Part shown: in pieces, positions 1-10,861 of the stretch
Layout: each line of letters opens with the position of its first letter
Numbering within the stretch: the first letter of the stretch is position 1
Origin: an uncultured Bifidobacterium sp.
Lineage (GTDB): Bacteria > Actinomycetota > Actinomycetes > S36-B12 > UBA5976
Length of the DNA stretch: 64,000 nucleotides
NCBI GenBank assembly: GCA_964655115.1
Contig: CAZZKM010000001.1
Location: forward strand, 27,708-91,707
Direction: 5' to 3'
Made by a program: the position numbers and the translations under genes
Notes under the pieces: model-generated
Told to the model about the DNA's origin: nothing
Databases searched by the model: none
Seen by the model: the letters and a program-made list of their open reading frames with translations, nothing else

Positions 1-1
1 A

Positions 2-3000
2 GAGACAACTTTTAAAATTGCTGCTCCTAATACCATTTTTTCATTCATTACCAATCATTTAGTTGAAAATTCGAATTCAGTAATACTTGCAGTCACCTCT
101 AATTCAAAAGAGGCAGATCGACTAGTTCATGAATTGTCTTTGTGGAATGAACAAATTTCTGTTGCTAATTTTCCTGCTTGGGAGACTTTGCCCCATGAAA
201 AAATTGAACCAACCAAAGACATAGTTGGCCAGCGTTTAGCAGTAATTAGAAGATTAAGTAAACCAGACAATAACTATTTCCAAGCAAGAAAACTTGATGT
301 GGTGGTTGCTCCGATTAGATCTTTAATGCAACCAATTTTGAAATCTTTACAAGATTTAGAACCTTTAGCCTTAAAACCTGGAAATTCAATCGATTTAACA
401 AAAGCTATAACTCAACTAGTTGAACTTGGTTACGAACGAGTTGAAGTAGTTGAGAAAAGAGGAGAGTTTGCAGTTCGCGGTGGCATTTTAGATATTTTTA
501 TACCAGGGACAGAGCATCCTTTAAGAGTTGATTTTTTTGGTGATGAAGTAGAAGAAATCAGAAACTTTTCTGTAGCAGATCAAAGAAGTTTGGAAATTGC
601 CACAAATGGATTATGGGCACCTGCCTGTAAAGAACCATATTTAAATGAAGATTTTATTCCACTTGGACCACTTTCTTTATTCACTGATTTATTTGAATCT
701 CAAAGCATTGTCTTATTAAGTGATGCAGAAAAAATTAAAACTAGAGCACAAGAAGTTTTAAAAACAGCAGATGAATTTCTCAATGCTGCTTGGGTTAATG
801 CCACAACTGGGGCAGAAGTACCGCAAGAAATTTTGCATGGGGGATTTAGAGATTTAGAAACTATAGAAAAAAGTTCTTTGCAAAATGATTTGAAATGGTG
901 GCAAGTTAGTCCATTTATTGGTCACGTTGATGATTTAGCTTTTGAAGCACTTGATTTGAAAGCAAAAGTTATTGAAGGGTTTAGAGGAGATTTTACAAAT
1001 CTAATAACTGAAATTAGAAATAAATTAACACTTGGTTGGCAAGTAGTAATTACTTCTGCAGGTTCAGGATCAATTCAAAGATATTTAGAACAATTTTCCA
1101 ATGCTGACATTGCTGCAAAAATTACAAATAATGAAATAACTAAAAATGTAGTTAATTTAATCATTTCAGATTTAAATCATGGATTTTCTCTACCCGAACA
1201 AAAATTTATTTTAATTACTGACACAGACATTGTTGGTGCTAAAAGCAGTATGAAGGATGTTTCAAAATTACCTTCGAAAAGAAAAAACAGTATCGATGTT
1301 TTATCACTAACTTCTGGTGACTATGTAGTTCATGAGCAACATGGCGTTGGAAAATATGTGGAAATGACAAGTCGAACAATAGGTAATGCCACTAGAGAAT
1401 ATTTAGTAATTGAATATGCATCATCTAAACGAGGACAACCTAAAGATCGTTTATTTGTACCAACTGATCAATTAGATCAAATAACTAAATTTATTGGGGC
1501 AGAAATTCCAACTTTAAATAGATTAGGTGGAATTGATTGGGAAAGAACTAAAGGAAGAGCAAGAAAAGCTGTTAAACAAATAGCTGCAGAGTTAATAAGA
1601 CTTTATGCAGCAAGACAAGCTGCAAAAGGTTTCGCTTTTTCTCCCGATACTCCTTGGCAAAGAGAATTAGAGGATGCATTTGCTTATGTCGAAACTCCTG
1701 ATCAACTTTCATGCATTGAAGAAGTTAAAAAAGATATGGAAAAAAGTGTCCCGATGGATCGGGTTATTGCAGGAGATGTTGGCTATGGAAAAACTGAAAT
1801 TGCAGTAAGAGCTGCGTTTAAAGCAACTCAAGATGGGAAACAAGTTGCAATATTAGTTCCAACGACATTATTAGTGCAGCAACATTTTGCCACATTTTCA
1901 GAAAGATTTGCCCCATTTCCAATAAAAATAAAACCGCTTTCTAGATTTCAAAGCAGTAAAGAAATAAATGAAACTTTAGAAGGAATTCGAGAAGGAACAG
2001 TAGATGTAGTTATTGGAACACATCGTTTATTAACTTCAGATGTTAGATTCAAAGATTTAGGTTTAGTAATTGTTGATGAAGAGCAAAGATTTGGAGTTGA
2101 ACATAAAGAACATTTGAAAGCTTTAAGAACAAATGTTGATTTTTTAACGATGTCTGCCACACCAATTCCTAGAACTTTAGAAATGGCCATAACTGGAATT
2201 AGAGAAATGTCTGTAATACAAACACCTCCAGAAGAAAGACTTCCAGTATTAACTTTCGTGGGCCAATCTGACAAAAAACAAATTGCAGCAGCAATTAGAA
2301 GAGAATTATTGCGTGAAGGGCAAGTTTTTTATGTTCATAACAGAGTTTCTTCAATTGATAAAGTTTATGAAGACTTAAAAGAACTTGTCCCAGAAGCAAG
2401 ATTTGCAATTGCGCACGGACAAATGAATGAACATGAATTAGAACAAGTTATTTTAGATTTTTGGGCACAAAAATATGATGTGCTAATTTCAACCACGATT
2501 GTTGAATCAGGTTTAGATATTCCAAATGCAAATACTTTAATTGTTGATAGAGCAGATCGATTCGGTTTATCACAATTGCATCAAATAAGAGGAAGGGTTG
2601 GCAGAGGTAGAGAAAGAGCATATGCATATTTCTTTTTCCCAGAAGATAAACCGTTAACAGAAAATGCTTATGATCGTTTAGCCACAATTGCCCAACACAC
2701 AGATTTAGGTTCAGGAATGGCAGTAGCTTTAAAAGATTTAGAAATAAGAGGAGCAGGAAATATTTTAGGTGGCGAACAATCAGGACATATTGCTGAAGTT
2801 GGATTTGATTTATATGTTCGTTTAGTCGGGGAAGCATTAGCTTCTGCAAAAGGTGAAGAATTAAAGACAGATACAGAAATAAAAATTGAATTAACTTTAG
2901 ATGCACATCTTCCAATAAGTTATATAAAAGAAGAAAAATTACGTATGCAGATTTATCGAAGATTGGCTGATGCAAAAACAGAACAAGAAGTTAATGAAAT

Positions 3001-3340
3001 CGAAGAAGAATTATTAGATCGTTTTGGAAAATTCTCGAAACCCGTTGAGATTTTATTAAAAGTTTCTAAATTAAGAGTTCTAGCAAGAAAAGTAGGCGTA
3101 AGTGAAATTGTGCAACAGGCAAGATCAATAAGAATTTCACCACTTGATTTGCCAGATTCTAGAATTATTAGAATTAATAGGAACTACCCTGGAACTCAAG
3201 TTAGAGCCACGGTACGCAGTATTTTGGTACCTGCACCAACAACAGCACTGGTTAATGGTCAAGTATTAAAGAACGAAGAAATAATTGATTGGGTTTCAAA
3301 CTTAATTAATGACTTATTTGAAGATGAATTGAAAGGATAA
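2..3340 (+). CDS. mfd: Transcription-repair coupling factor Mfd (5' end runs off the window)
   Basis: CarD-like RID region (GDYVVHEQHGVG), Walker A GDVGYGKT, DEEQRFGV, QIRGRVGR, LKDLEIRGAGNILGGEQSG and a TRCF C-terminus. The frame is open from position 2 (ETTFKIAAPNT...), so the true start lies upstream of the window, not at 134. Confidence 0.98.
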   Translation, partial: ETTFKIAAPNTIFSFITNHLVENSNSVILAVTSNSKEADRLVHELSLWNEQISVANFPAWETLPHEKIEPTKDIVGQRLAVIRRLSKPDNNYFQARKLDVVVAPIRSLMQPILKSLQDLEPLALKPGNSIDLTKAITQLVELGYERVEVVEKRGEFAVRGGILDIFIPGTEHPLRVDFFGDEVEEIRNFSVADQRSLEIATNGLWAPACKEPYLNEDFIPLGPLSLFTDLFESQSIVLLSDAEKIKTRAQEVLKTADEFLNAAWVNATTGAEVPQEILHGGFRDLETIEKSSLQNDLKWWQVSPFIGHVDDLAFEALDLKAKVIEGFRGDFTNLITEIRNKLTLGWQVVITSAGSGSIQRYLEQFSNADIAAKITNNEITKNVVNLIISDLNHGFSLPEQKFILITDTDIVGAKSSMKDVSKLPSKRKNSIDVLSLTSGDYVVHEQHGVGKYVEMTSRTIGNATREYLVIEYASSKRGQPKDRLFVPTDQLDQITKFIGAEIPTLNRLGGIDWERTKGRARKAVKQIAAELIRLYAARQAAKGFAFSPDTPWQRELEDAFAYVETPDQLSCIEEVKKDMEKSVPMDRVIAGDVGYGKTEIAVRAAFKATQDGKQVAILVPTTLLVQQHFATFSERFAPFPIKIKPLSRFQSSKEINETLEGIREGTVDVVIGTHRLLTSDVRFKDLGLVIVDEEQRFGVEHKEHLKALRTNVDFLTMSATPIPRTLEMAITGIREMSVIQTPPEERLPVLTFVGQSDKKQIAAAIRRELLREGQVFYVHNRVSSIDKVYEDLKELVPEARFAIAHGQMNEHELEQVILDFWAQKYDVLISTTIVESGLDIPNANTLIVDRADRFGLSQLHQIRGRVGRGRERAYAYFFFPEDKPLTENAYDRLATIAQHTDLGSGMAVALKDLEIRGAGNILGGEQSGHIAEVGFDLYVRLVGEALASAKGEELKTDTEIKIELTLDAHLPISYIKEEKLRMQIYRRLADAKTEQEVNEIEEELLDRFGKFSKPVEILLKVSKLRVLARKVGVSEIVQQARSIRISPLDLPDSRIIRINRNYPGTQVRATVRSILVPAPTTALVNGQVLKNEEIIDWVSNLINDLFEDELKG

Positions 3341-3342
3341 CT

Positions 3343-3960
3343 TTGAAAAAGATTATTCAAACTTCTCTTTTACTTATTCTTTCAACCATTCTTATAGCTT
3401 GTGGGCAACAAAATCCAGGTACAGCAGCTTACGTAGGCGATTATCGAATTACCGAAGAAGAATTAAGTTATTACTTAAATGATTTAAGAAAAGTAGTGCC
3501 TATTGAAAATAATGATCAAGGTACTTCCCAAAGCAGAGGAGTTTTAGCTCGACTAATAATTGGTCAAATTATTTCTCAAGCAGTGACAGAAACTGGTGCA
3601 ATTGTTGATCAAAGTTTAGTTGCCAAAGATTACGATGCTCTAGAAAAACAAACTGGTGGATCTGATGCGCTAGCTGTCTTTGCAGGTTCTAGAAATGTGC
3701 CACCTTTATTAATTAAAGAAGTTTTAAGTCAAAATAGAGCACTAGACGCAATTGGAAAAGTTTTAGCCCCAGATAGCACTATTGATAATCAAAGATTTAA
3801 AGGTGAAGAATACGTAATTTTAAAAGCAAATGAAAATAACGTAAAAATTAACCCAAGATTTGGTAAGTGGATTCCAGAAGATGGTTCAATTGCACCACCA
3901 GCAAATGAATTTAGTGAACCAGCATTTGGCTTACCTGAAGATGTTGCACCTGGGCGTTAA
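3343..3960 (+). CDS. Lipoprotein, SurA N-terminal-domain-like
   Basis: Lipobox ILIAC, then PGTAAYVGDYRIT and a C-terminal VKINPRFGKW motif. It occupies the usual lipoprotein slot between mfd and mazG in actinomycetes. Confidence 0.7.
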   Translation: MKKIIQTSLLLILSTILIACGQQNPGTAAYVGDYRITEEELSYYLNDLRKVVPIENNDQGTSQSRGVLARLIIGQIISQAVTETGAIVDQSLVAKDYDALEKQTGGSDALAVFAGSRNVPPLLIKEVLSQNRALDAIGKVLAPDSTIDNQRFKGEEYVILKANENNVKINPRFGKWIPEDGSIAPPANEFSEPAFGLPEDVAPGR

Positions 3961-3963
3961 TTA

Positions 3964-4632
3964 ATGCCAAATAAAAATCCACCAACAAATACTGGTGTGG
4001 CTGGATTAATTGAATTAATGAATATCCTTCGTTCTCAAGATGGTTGTCCTTGGGATTTAGAACAAACACACCAATCTTTAATTGAATATTTAATTGAAGA
4101 AGCTTATGAATTTGCAGAAGCTGTTGATGAAAACAATAGAGAAGCAATTAAAGAAGAGTTGGGTGATGTTTTATTACAAGTAGTTTTTCATTCAAAGATT
4201 GGGCAAGAACATTCAACTGATCCTTTTGATATAGATGATGTTGCAGAAATTATTAAAAATAAGTTAATCAAAAGACATCCTCATGTGTTTGAAAATGATT
4301 CAAAATTAACCTCAAGTGATGTCAAAGATAATTGGGAAGTAATTAAAAAGAAAGAAAAAAATAGAACCAGTGTCACAGAAGGTTTACCTAAAGCTTTGCC
4401 CGCTTTAATGCATGCAGAAAAATTAATTAACCGAGTTGAAAACTTTGATGAAGACTTAAAGCAAGTAGAAATTATTGATGAAGTAAAACTTGTGGAAAAT
4501 CAGATTACTGATGAGGAAAAAGTCGGACAGTTCCTGTTGTCTTTTGTCGCAAAATGTCACGAAAAAGGAATTGATGCAGAGACCGCTTTAAGAAAAGCTA
4601 TTGCTAATTACAGAAAAGACTTAGAAAGTTAA
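3964..4632 (+). CDS. mazG: MazG nucleoside triphosphate pyrophosphohydrolase
   Basis: GCPWDLEQTHQSL, EEAYE, EELGDVLLQVVFHS and KLIKRHPHVF motifs; syntenic with mfd and eno. Confidence 0.95.
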   Translation: MPNKNPPTNTGVAGLIELMNILRSQDGCPWDLEQTHQSLIEYLIEEAYEFAEAVDENNREAIKEELGDVLLQVVFHSKIGQEHSTDPFDIDDVAEIIKNKLIKRHPHVFENDSKLTSSDVKDNWEVIKKKEKNRTSVTEGLPKALPALMHAEKLINRVENFDEDLKQVEIIDEVKLVENQITDEEKVGQFLLSFVAKCHEKGIDAETALRKAIANYRKDLES

Positions 4633-5481
4633 TTTAATTTCTTGCTTTAATCTTATTTGCGCAGCTGTAACGTGTGGACCCTTTTTAGCTTTATCAGGAA
4701 GTTTAAGTAAAACTCTTCTTATTATTTGTAGAGTCAAGTTAGTGGTGTAATCAACAAACCAAGGACCAGCAAGTGTTGAACCGCGCCAAGAATCTCCATA
4801 CATTTTTCTTACCCATCTTGGTAAAGATGCAAAAGACAAACTTGCCACAATTGCCCACATAAATTGAGACGGAGTTAAGTATCTAAAGAAACCATGCATT
4901 GGGGGAAGAAAAATAAAACGGGCTGCTTCTCTCACTTTTTTATCTGCAACTAAATAAGTTCTTTTATCTTGGTAATACTGCTTTAGTTCTTGAACAGTTG
5001 CAGGACAAATTTTTGGATCTAAACCTATTAATTGCGCAGCAACTAATTGCTCTTTGACATATCTATCTTGATCTTCTTGACTTAATTTCATTCCAGAACG
5101 TAACGCAATATTTAATAGTGAATCAGTAAAACCATTGTGAACCCATAACAGAAGTTCAGGTTGATCAAGATTAAGTGCTCTATGCATCGCTCTAACTTTG
5201 GCAGCAGCTCTATCTGCTTCTTCTTTTGTGCCAAAAGAAATTACACCTATATATTCAGCAGTTCTTAATAATCTGCCAAATGGTTCTTCTCTGTAACGCG
5301 AATGGGCTTGTACTCCGCCAAATGCTTTTGGTTCTAATGCTTGAAGAAATAAAGCTCTAACACCACCAATTACAGCCATGACATCGGCATGAATTTTCCA
5401 AGTAATTGTTCCTGGACCAAAGTAACCTTGATCATTTGAATTTGTATTTGGTTCACCAAAGGTTAATTCGGGTGCAAGCAT
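4621..5481 (-). CDS. MpaB/DUF2236-family (rubber-oxygenase-like) heme oxygenase
   Basis: GYFGPGTITWKIHAD and RLLRTAEY...GTKEEA...VRAMH motifs. Start moved from 5514 to ATG 5481, which lies 7 nt after a TAAATT -10 box. Confidence 0.8.
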   Translation of the reverse strand: MLAPELTFGEPNTNSNDQGYFGPGTITWKIHADVMAVIGGVRALFLQALEPKAFGGVQAHSRYREEPFGRLLRTAEYIGVISFGTKEEADRAAAKVRAMHRALNLDQPELLLWVHNGFTDSLLNIALRSGMKLSQEDQDRYVKEQLVAAQLIGLDPKICPATVQELKQYYQDKRTYLVADKKVREAARFIFLPPMHGFFRYLTPSQFMWAIVASLSFASLPRWVRKMYGDSWRGSTLAGPWFVDYTTNLTLQIIRRVLLKLPDKAKKGPHVTAAQIRLKQEIKLTF

Positions 5482-5521
5482 GCTTATAAATTTACACACT
5501 TTTAATGACTGCACCAGTTGA

Positions 5522-6835
<1,314 letters not shown>

Positions 6836-6853
6836 AGTAGTTAATTAGAAGGT

Positions 6854-7321
6854 ATGAAACAACAAAGAAGAATTCAACGACCTTCAATAAATGGCAGGCT
6901 GGTTGTTCTTCTTTCTGCAGTAATAATTCTTATCTTGATGCTTGCATCACCAATTAGAGATTTAGTGGCACAAAGGGCAAGAATTGAAGCTTTAAAAATT
7001 CAAGTGGCTCAAAGTGAAAAGCAAGTTCAAATGCTTAAAGATATTCAAGCCAAATGGCAAGACCCAAATTTTGTAGCAGCACAAGCAAGAGCTCGTCTGC
7101 ATTATGTTTTGCCAGGTGAAATTGTTTTTAACGTAATTGGTCTAGATGGAAATCCTCAACCTGTTACTTCTGCACCTAGTGTTTCTGCATGGTCTGGAGA
7201 ATCAATACCTGCCCAACCTTGGTATTTAAATCTTTATGATTCTTGGCTTGAAGCAGACACTGGAATCAAAAAATATGATGCAAATAATACTTTAATTATT
7301 AGACCGAATGCTCCTAAATGA
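6854..7321 (+). CDS. divIC: Septum formation initiator, FtsB/DivIC family
   Basis: N-terminal TM segment, coiled coil and DPNFVAAQARARLHYVLPGE motif; directly downstream of eno. Confidence 0.88.
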   Translation: MKQQRRIQRPSINGRLVVLLSAVIILILMLASPIRDLVAQRARIEALKIQVAQSEKQVQMLKDIQAKWQDPNFVAAQARARLHYVLPGEIVFNVIGLDGNPQPVTSAPSVSAWSGESIPAQPWYLNLYDSWLEADTGIKKYDANNTLIIRPNAPK

Positions 7322-7809
7322 GTGTGGATCAAAAAGATATAGATGCAATTACCCTTCAATTAAATAGAACTCCAAGAGGTTTAATTGAGGTAAGTAATAG
7401 ATGTAAGTGTGGAAATCCTTGCGTGGTTTCAACTAAACCATCTTTAGAAGATGGTGAACCTTTCCCAACTCATTTTTACCTAACTTGTGCCACATTGAAT
7501 TCATTAATTGGATCATTAGAGGCAAAAGGATTAATGAAAGAGTATGAAGAAAGATTAAGCACTGATAAAGATTTTCTAGAAAAATATAAATTAGCTCATC
7601 TTGATTATTTAAAAAGAAGAAATCAATATGGACAAAATGAGGAAATTAACAATATTTCAGCAGGTGGAATGCCTAATCGAGTTAAATGTTTACACGCTTT
7701 AGTTGCTCACTCTTTAGCAGTTGGACCAGGGATAAATCCAGTTGGAGATGATGCTTTGGAAAGATTAGGTAACTGGTTTCAAAAATCTTGCATTGAGGAC
7801 AAATTATGA
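7318..7809 (+). CDS. DUF501 family protein
   Basis: QLNRTPRG, DGEPFPTHFYLTC and GGMPNRVKCLHALVAH motifs; conserved eno-divIC-DUF501-ppx order. Confidence 0.93.
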   Translation: MSVDQKDIDAITLQLNRTPRGLIEVSNRCKCGNPCVVSTKPSLEDGEPFPTHFYLTCATLNSLIGSLEAKGLMKEYEERLSTDKDFLEKYKLAHLDYLKRRNQYGQNEEINNISAGGMPNRVKCLHALVAHSLAVGPGINPVGDDALERLGNWFQKSCIEDKL

Positions 7810-8729
7810 AACGAGTTGCAGCAATAGATTGCGGAACTAATTCAATTCGTTTATTGATTTCAGATATTGATAAGGAAAAAGACACAGACAAAGACGTTGT
7901 TAGAGAAATGAGAATTGTTCGCCTAGGAGAAGGAGTTGATAAAACAAAAGCTTTTTCACCCCGTGCTCTTGAAAGAACCTTTAAGGCAATTGATGAATAT
8001 GAAGAATTATTAAAAAAACATAACGTGGAAAATTTAAAATTTGTGGCCACATCTGCAACTAGAGATGCTTTGAATAAAGCTATGTTTATAAAAGGAGTGA
8101 TTGATCGCTTAAAAGTTGTCCCAGAAGTTATTCCTGGAACTTTAGAAGCAAAACTTTCTTTTGAAGGCGCTACCAAATCTTTAAGAAGTAAGCATGAGGA
8201 ACCATTTTTAATTATTGATTTAGGTGGAGGATCAACCGAATTAGTTATAGGGGATAAAGAAATCGAAGGAGCATATTCCATGAATGTGGGATGTGTGCGA
8301 ATGACAGAACGTCATTGTCCTGGAGGAAATCCAACTAAAGAACAAGAAGAAGCAATTAGAAATGATATTCGACAAGAGTTAGCAAAAGCTAAAGAAAAAG
8401 TTGAATGGGCAAAAGCAAAAACTGTTGTAGGAGTAGCAGGAACTGTCACCACAGTTGCAGCACATGTTTTAAATTTAAAAAAGTATGATCCAGATATTTT
8501 GCACGGAGCTTCCATAACTAATGATCAAATTAGCCAAACTGTTAAAGATTTTATTCGTCTTTCTATTGAGGAAAGAAAGAAACTTCCCTATATGCATGAA
8601 GGAAGAATTGAAGTAATTACAGCTGGTGCAATTGTTTTAGACGAAGTTATGAAAGCAATTGGTGCAAAAAATTTAATAGCTAGTGAAAGAGATATTTTGG
8701 ACGGTGTGGCTTGGTCGCAAGTTCAATAA
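7806..8729 (+). CDS. ppx: Ppx/GppA exopolyphosphatase
   Basis: AAIDCGTNSIRLLI, IDLGGGSTELV and SERDILDG motifs. Confidence 0.95.
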   Translation: MKRVAAIDCGTNSIRLLISDIDKEKDTDKDVVREMRIVRLGEGVDKTKAFSPRALERTFKAIDEYEELLKKHNVENLKFVATSATRDALNKAMFIKGVIDRLKVVPEVIPGTLEAKLSFEGATKSLRSKHEEPFLIIDLGGGSTELVIGDKEIEGAYSMNVGCVRMTERHCPGGNPTKEQEEAIRNDIRQELAKAKEKVEWAKAKTVVGVAGTVTTVAAHVLNLKKYDPDILHGASITNDQISQTVKDFIRLSIEERKKLPYMHEGRIEVITAGAIVLDEVMKAIGAKNLIASERDILDGVAWSQVQ

Positions 8730-9418
8730 ATAATTTAACTAAGTTAGAAAAAGCTATATGTGATTGCCAAAAATGTCCCAGACTTGTTAAGTGGACTAGA
8801 AATGTAGCTAAAGAAAAAAGAAAATCCTATGAAAATGAAACTTATTGGGGAAAACCAGTTCCAGGTTTTGGGGATTCAAAACCAAAATTGTTAGTCGTAG
8901 GTCTTGCCCCGGGTGCTCATGGCGCAAATAGAACTGGCCGAATTTTTACCGGAGATAGAAGTGGTGATTGGTTATATAGAGCAATGCATAAACAAGGATT
9001 TGCTAACAAACCAGAATCAATAAATAAAAAAGATGGACTTAAATTAATTAATGCCAGAGTATTAACAGCGGTAAGATGTGCGCCTCCAGATAATAAACCC
9101 AATATTAAAGAGCGTGATAATTGTAAAAATTGGCTTGATATCGAATGGCAATTAATTGAAAAAAATCTAAAAGTAGTAATTGCATTGGGAAGTTTTGCCT
9201 GGAAACAATCTTTAGAGATTTTGAAAGATCAAGGATTTGTGGCAAAAACAAAATCTAAATTTTCTCATGGCGCAAAAATTGTTTTTCAAAAAAACAATCA
9301 TCAAATAACACTTTTGGGTAGCTACCACCCAAGTCAACAAAATACCTTCACTGGCAGACTTACTGAAAGCATGCTTGATTCAGTATTTGGCTCTGCTCGT
9401 AAACTGATTTCAACCTGA
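8711..9418 (+). CDS. Uracil-DNA glycosylase family 5 (UdgB-like, Fe-S)
   Basis: CQKCPRL, GLAPGAHGANRTGRIFTGDRSG, VRCAPPDNKP and YHPSQQNTFTGRLT motifs. Confidence 0.92.
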   Translation: MVASSINNLTKLEKAICDCQKCPRLVKWTRNVAKEKRKSYENETYWGKPVPGFGDSKPKLLVVGLAPGAHGANRTGRIFTGDRSGDWLYRAMHKQGFANKPESINKKDGLKLINARVLTAVRCAPPDNKPNIKERDNCKNWLDIEWQLIEKNLKVVIALGSFAWKQSLEILKDQGFVAKTKSKFSHGAKIVFQKNNHQITLLGSYHPSQQNTFTGRLTESMLDSVFGSARKLIST

Positions 9419-9436
9419 AAGTAATCTGTACCTATT

Positions 9437-9510
9437 GCCCTCGTAGCCCAATCGGCAGAGGCAGCAGACTTAAAATCTGTCAAGTGTGGGTTCGAGTCCC
9501 ACCGAGGGCA
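9437..9510 (+). tRNA. tRNA-Leu (anticodon UAA), short variable loop, CCA not encoded
   Basis: Acceptor stem GCCCTCG/CGAGGGC plus discriminator A, D-arm GCC-CAATCGGCAGA-GGC, anticodon arm GCAGA-CTTAAAA-TCTGT, T-loop GTTCGAGT. Confidence 0.97.
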
Positions 9511-9736
9511 CAATTTTATAGGTATTGACTTAAAGATATTTTGATCAAAATTCTTCACAAAAATTTTATTCAAATCGAAATGGAAAGTATCTAGACTTTA
9601 AAACAAGAACCAAATAATTAGTCAATTATGAAAATCTTCGTTGAGAAGATATCAAAACCTCTTTTATTTTGCATTGGTTAAGGATACTCTGGGACGGTAG
9701 TAAAAGCCATCTGGTCAGAACTTGAGGTCAAACCAA

Positions 9737-10855
9737 ATGCCAACAGGTTATGTGTGGGAAGAAATCTATGGCTGGCATAACACGGGCAATTCAGCAGGTG
9801 CTGCTCCGGCTGGATTGAATGCTCAACCATATCAACATTTTGAAAGTGCAGAATCAAAAGTCAGACTTGCAAGTGCTCTTGAAGTATCTGGACTAAGTAA
9901 AAAATTAAAAAAAATTTCCGTTCAACCAGCAAGTGTTGATGATGTCTCTCTTGTTCACGATAAAGAATACGTTGAATTAATTAAACAAAAAAGCGCTTCA
10001 CCATTTGGTGGAGATGCTGGAGATGGATTAAGTCCATTCGGAACAGGTTCTTATGAAATTGCATTATGGGCTGCAGGTGGTGCAATCGCTGCTATGAAAT
10101 CAGTTGTTAGTGGAGAAGTTAATAATGTATACGCGTTGATTCGACCGCCAGGACACCATGCTCGAGTAGAAACTGGAATGGGATTTTGCATATTTGCAAA
10201 TGCGGCAATCGCGATACGTTATGCGCAAAAACATTTGGGCATTAAAAAAGTTGCAGTCTTAGATTGGGATGTTCACCACGGTAATGGAACTCAATCTATT
10301 TTTTATGATGACCCAAATGTCTTAACGATTTCAATTCATCAAGATGGTTTATTTCCACCAAAAAGCGGACTTGTTTCAGAACAAGGTGAGGGTAAAGGTT
10401 TGAATTATGCAATTAATATTCCATTGCCTGCTGGAAGTGGAAATAGTGCTTACTACTTTGCGTTAGAACAAATTGCATTCCCTGCAATAGAAAAATTCAA
10501 ACCAGAAATAATTGTGGTTTGTTGCGGATTTGATGCAGCAATGACTGATCCATTAGGTCGCATGATTGTTACCGCCAATGGATATCGAAAAATGACGGAA
10601 ATGCTAAAAAATGTGGCAGAAAAAGTTTGTGATGGCAAAATTATGATGACTCACGAAGGAGGCTATTCTCCAACGTATGTTCCGTTTTGTGGATTGGCAG
10701 TAATTGAAACTTTGGCAGATGCCCAAACTGAAATGAAAGATGTATTAGCCGAGTTTTGGGATGTTCTTCCAGATCAAAAATTACACGCTTGGCAAGAAAG
10801 TTTGATTAAAGAAATTAAATCAAAAATTAATTTTCTTTCTTCAGGATCGGATTAA
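9737..10855 (+). CDS. Class IIb histone-deacetylase-like amidohydrolase (HDAH/PA3774 type)
   Basis: GYVWEEIYGWHNTG N-terminus, RPPGHHA, GMGFCIF, Zn ligands DWDVHHGNGTQ and GFDA, and EGGYSPTYVPFCGLAVIE. The start is ATG 9737 after a GAGGT SD. Confidence 0.95.
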   Translation: MPTGYVWEEIYGWHNTGNSAGAAPAGLNAQPYQHFESAESKVRLASALEVSGLSKKLKKISVQPASVDDVSLVHDKEYVELIKQKSASPFGGDAGDGLSPFGTGSYEIALWAAGGAIAAMKSVVSGEVNNVYALIRPPGHHARVETGMGFCIFANAAIAIRYAQKHLGIKKVAVLDWDVHHGNGTQSIFYDDPNVLTISIHQDGLFPPKSGLVSEQGEGKGLNYAINIPLPAGSGNSAYYFALEQIAFPAIEKFKPEIIVVCCGFDAAMTDPLGRMIVTANGYRKMTEMLKNVAEKVCDGKIMMTHEGGYSPTYVPFCGLAVIETLADAQTEMKDVLAEFWDVLPDQKLHAWQESLIKEIKSKINFLSSGSD

Positions 10856-10861
10856 ATTTTA

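Noticed and set aside
9689-9728. Leader of the HDAH operon loosely resembles a guanidine-III (ykkC-III) riboswitch (CUGG-GACG...CUGG-UCAGAAC, with SD GAGGU at the 3' end)
   Set aside because: The conserved CGAG and CAGGAC are not matched, P1 would rely on G-U pairs, and the P2 pseudoknot gives only about 3 bp. An Infernal cmscan against Rfam would settle it; I do not support a call.
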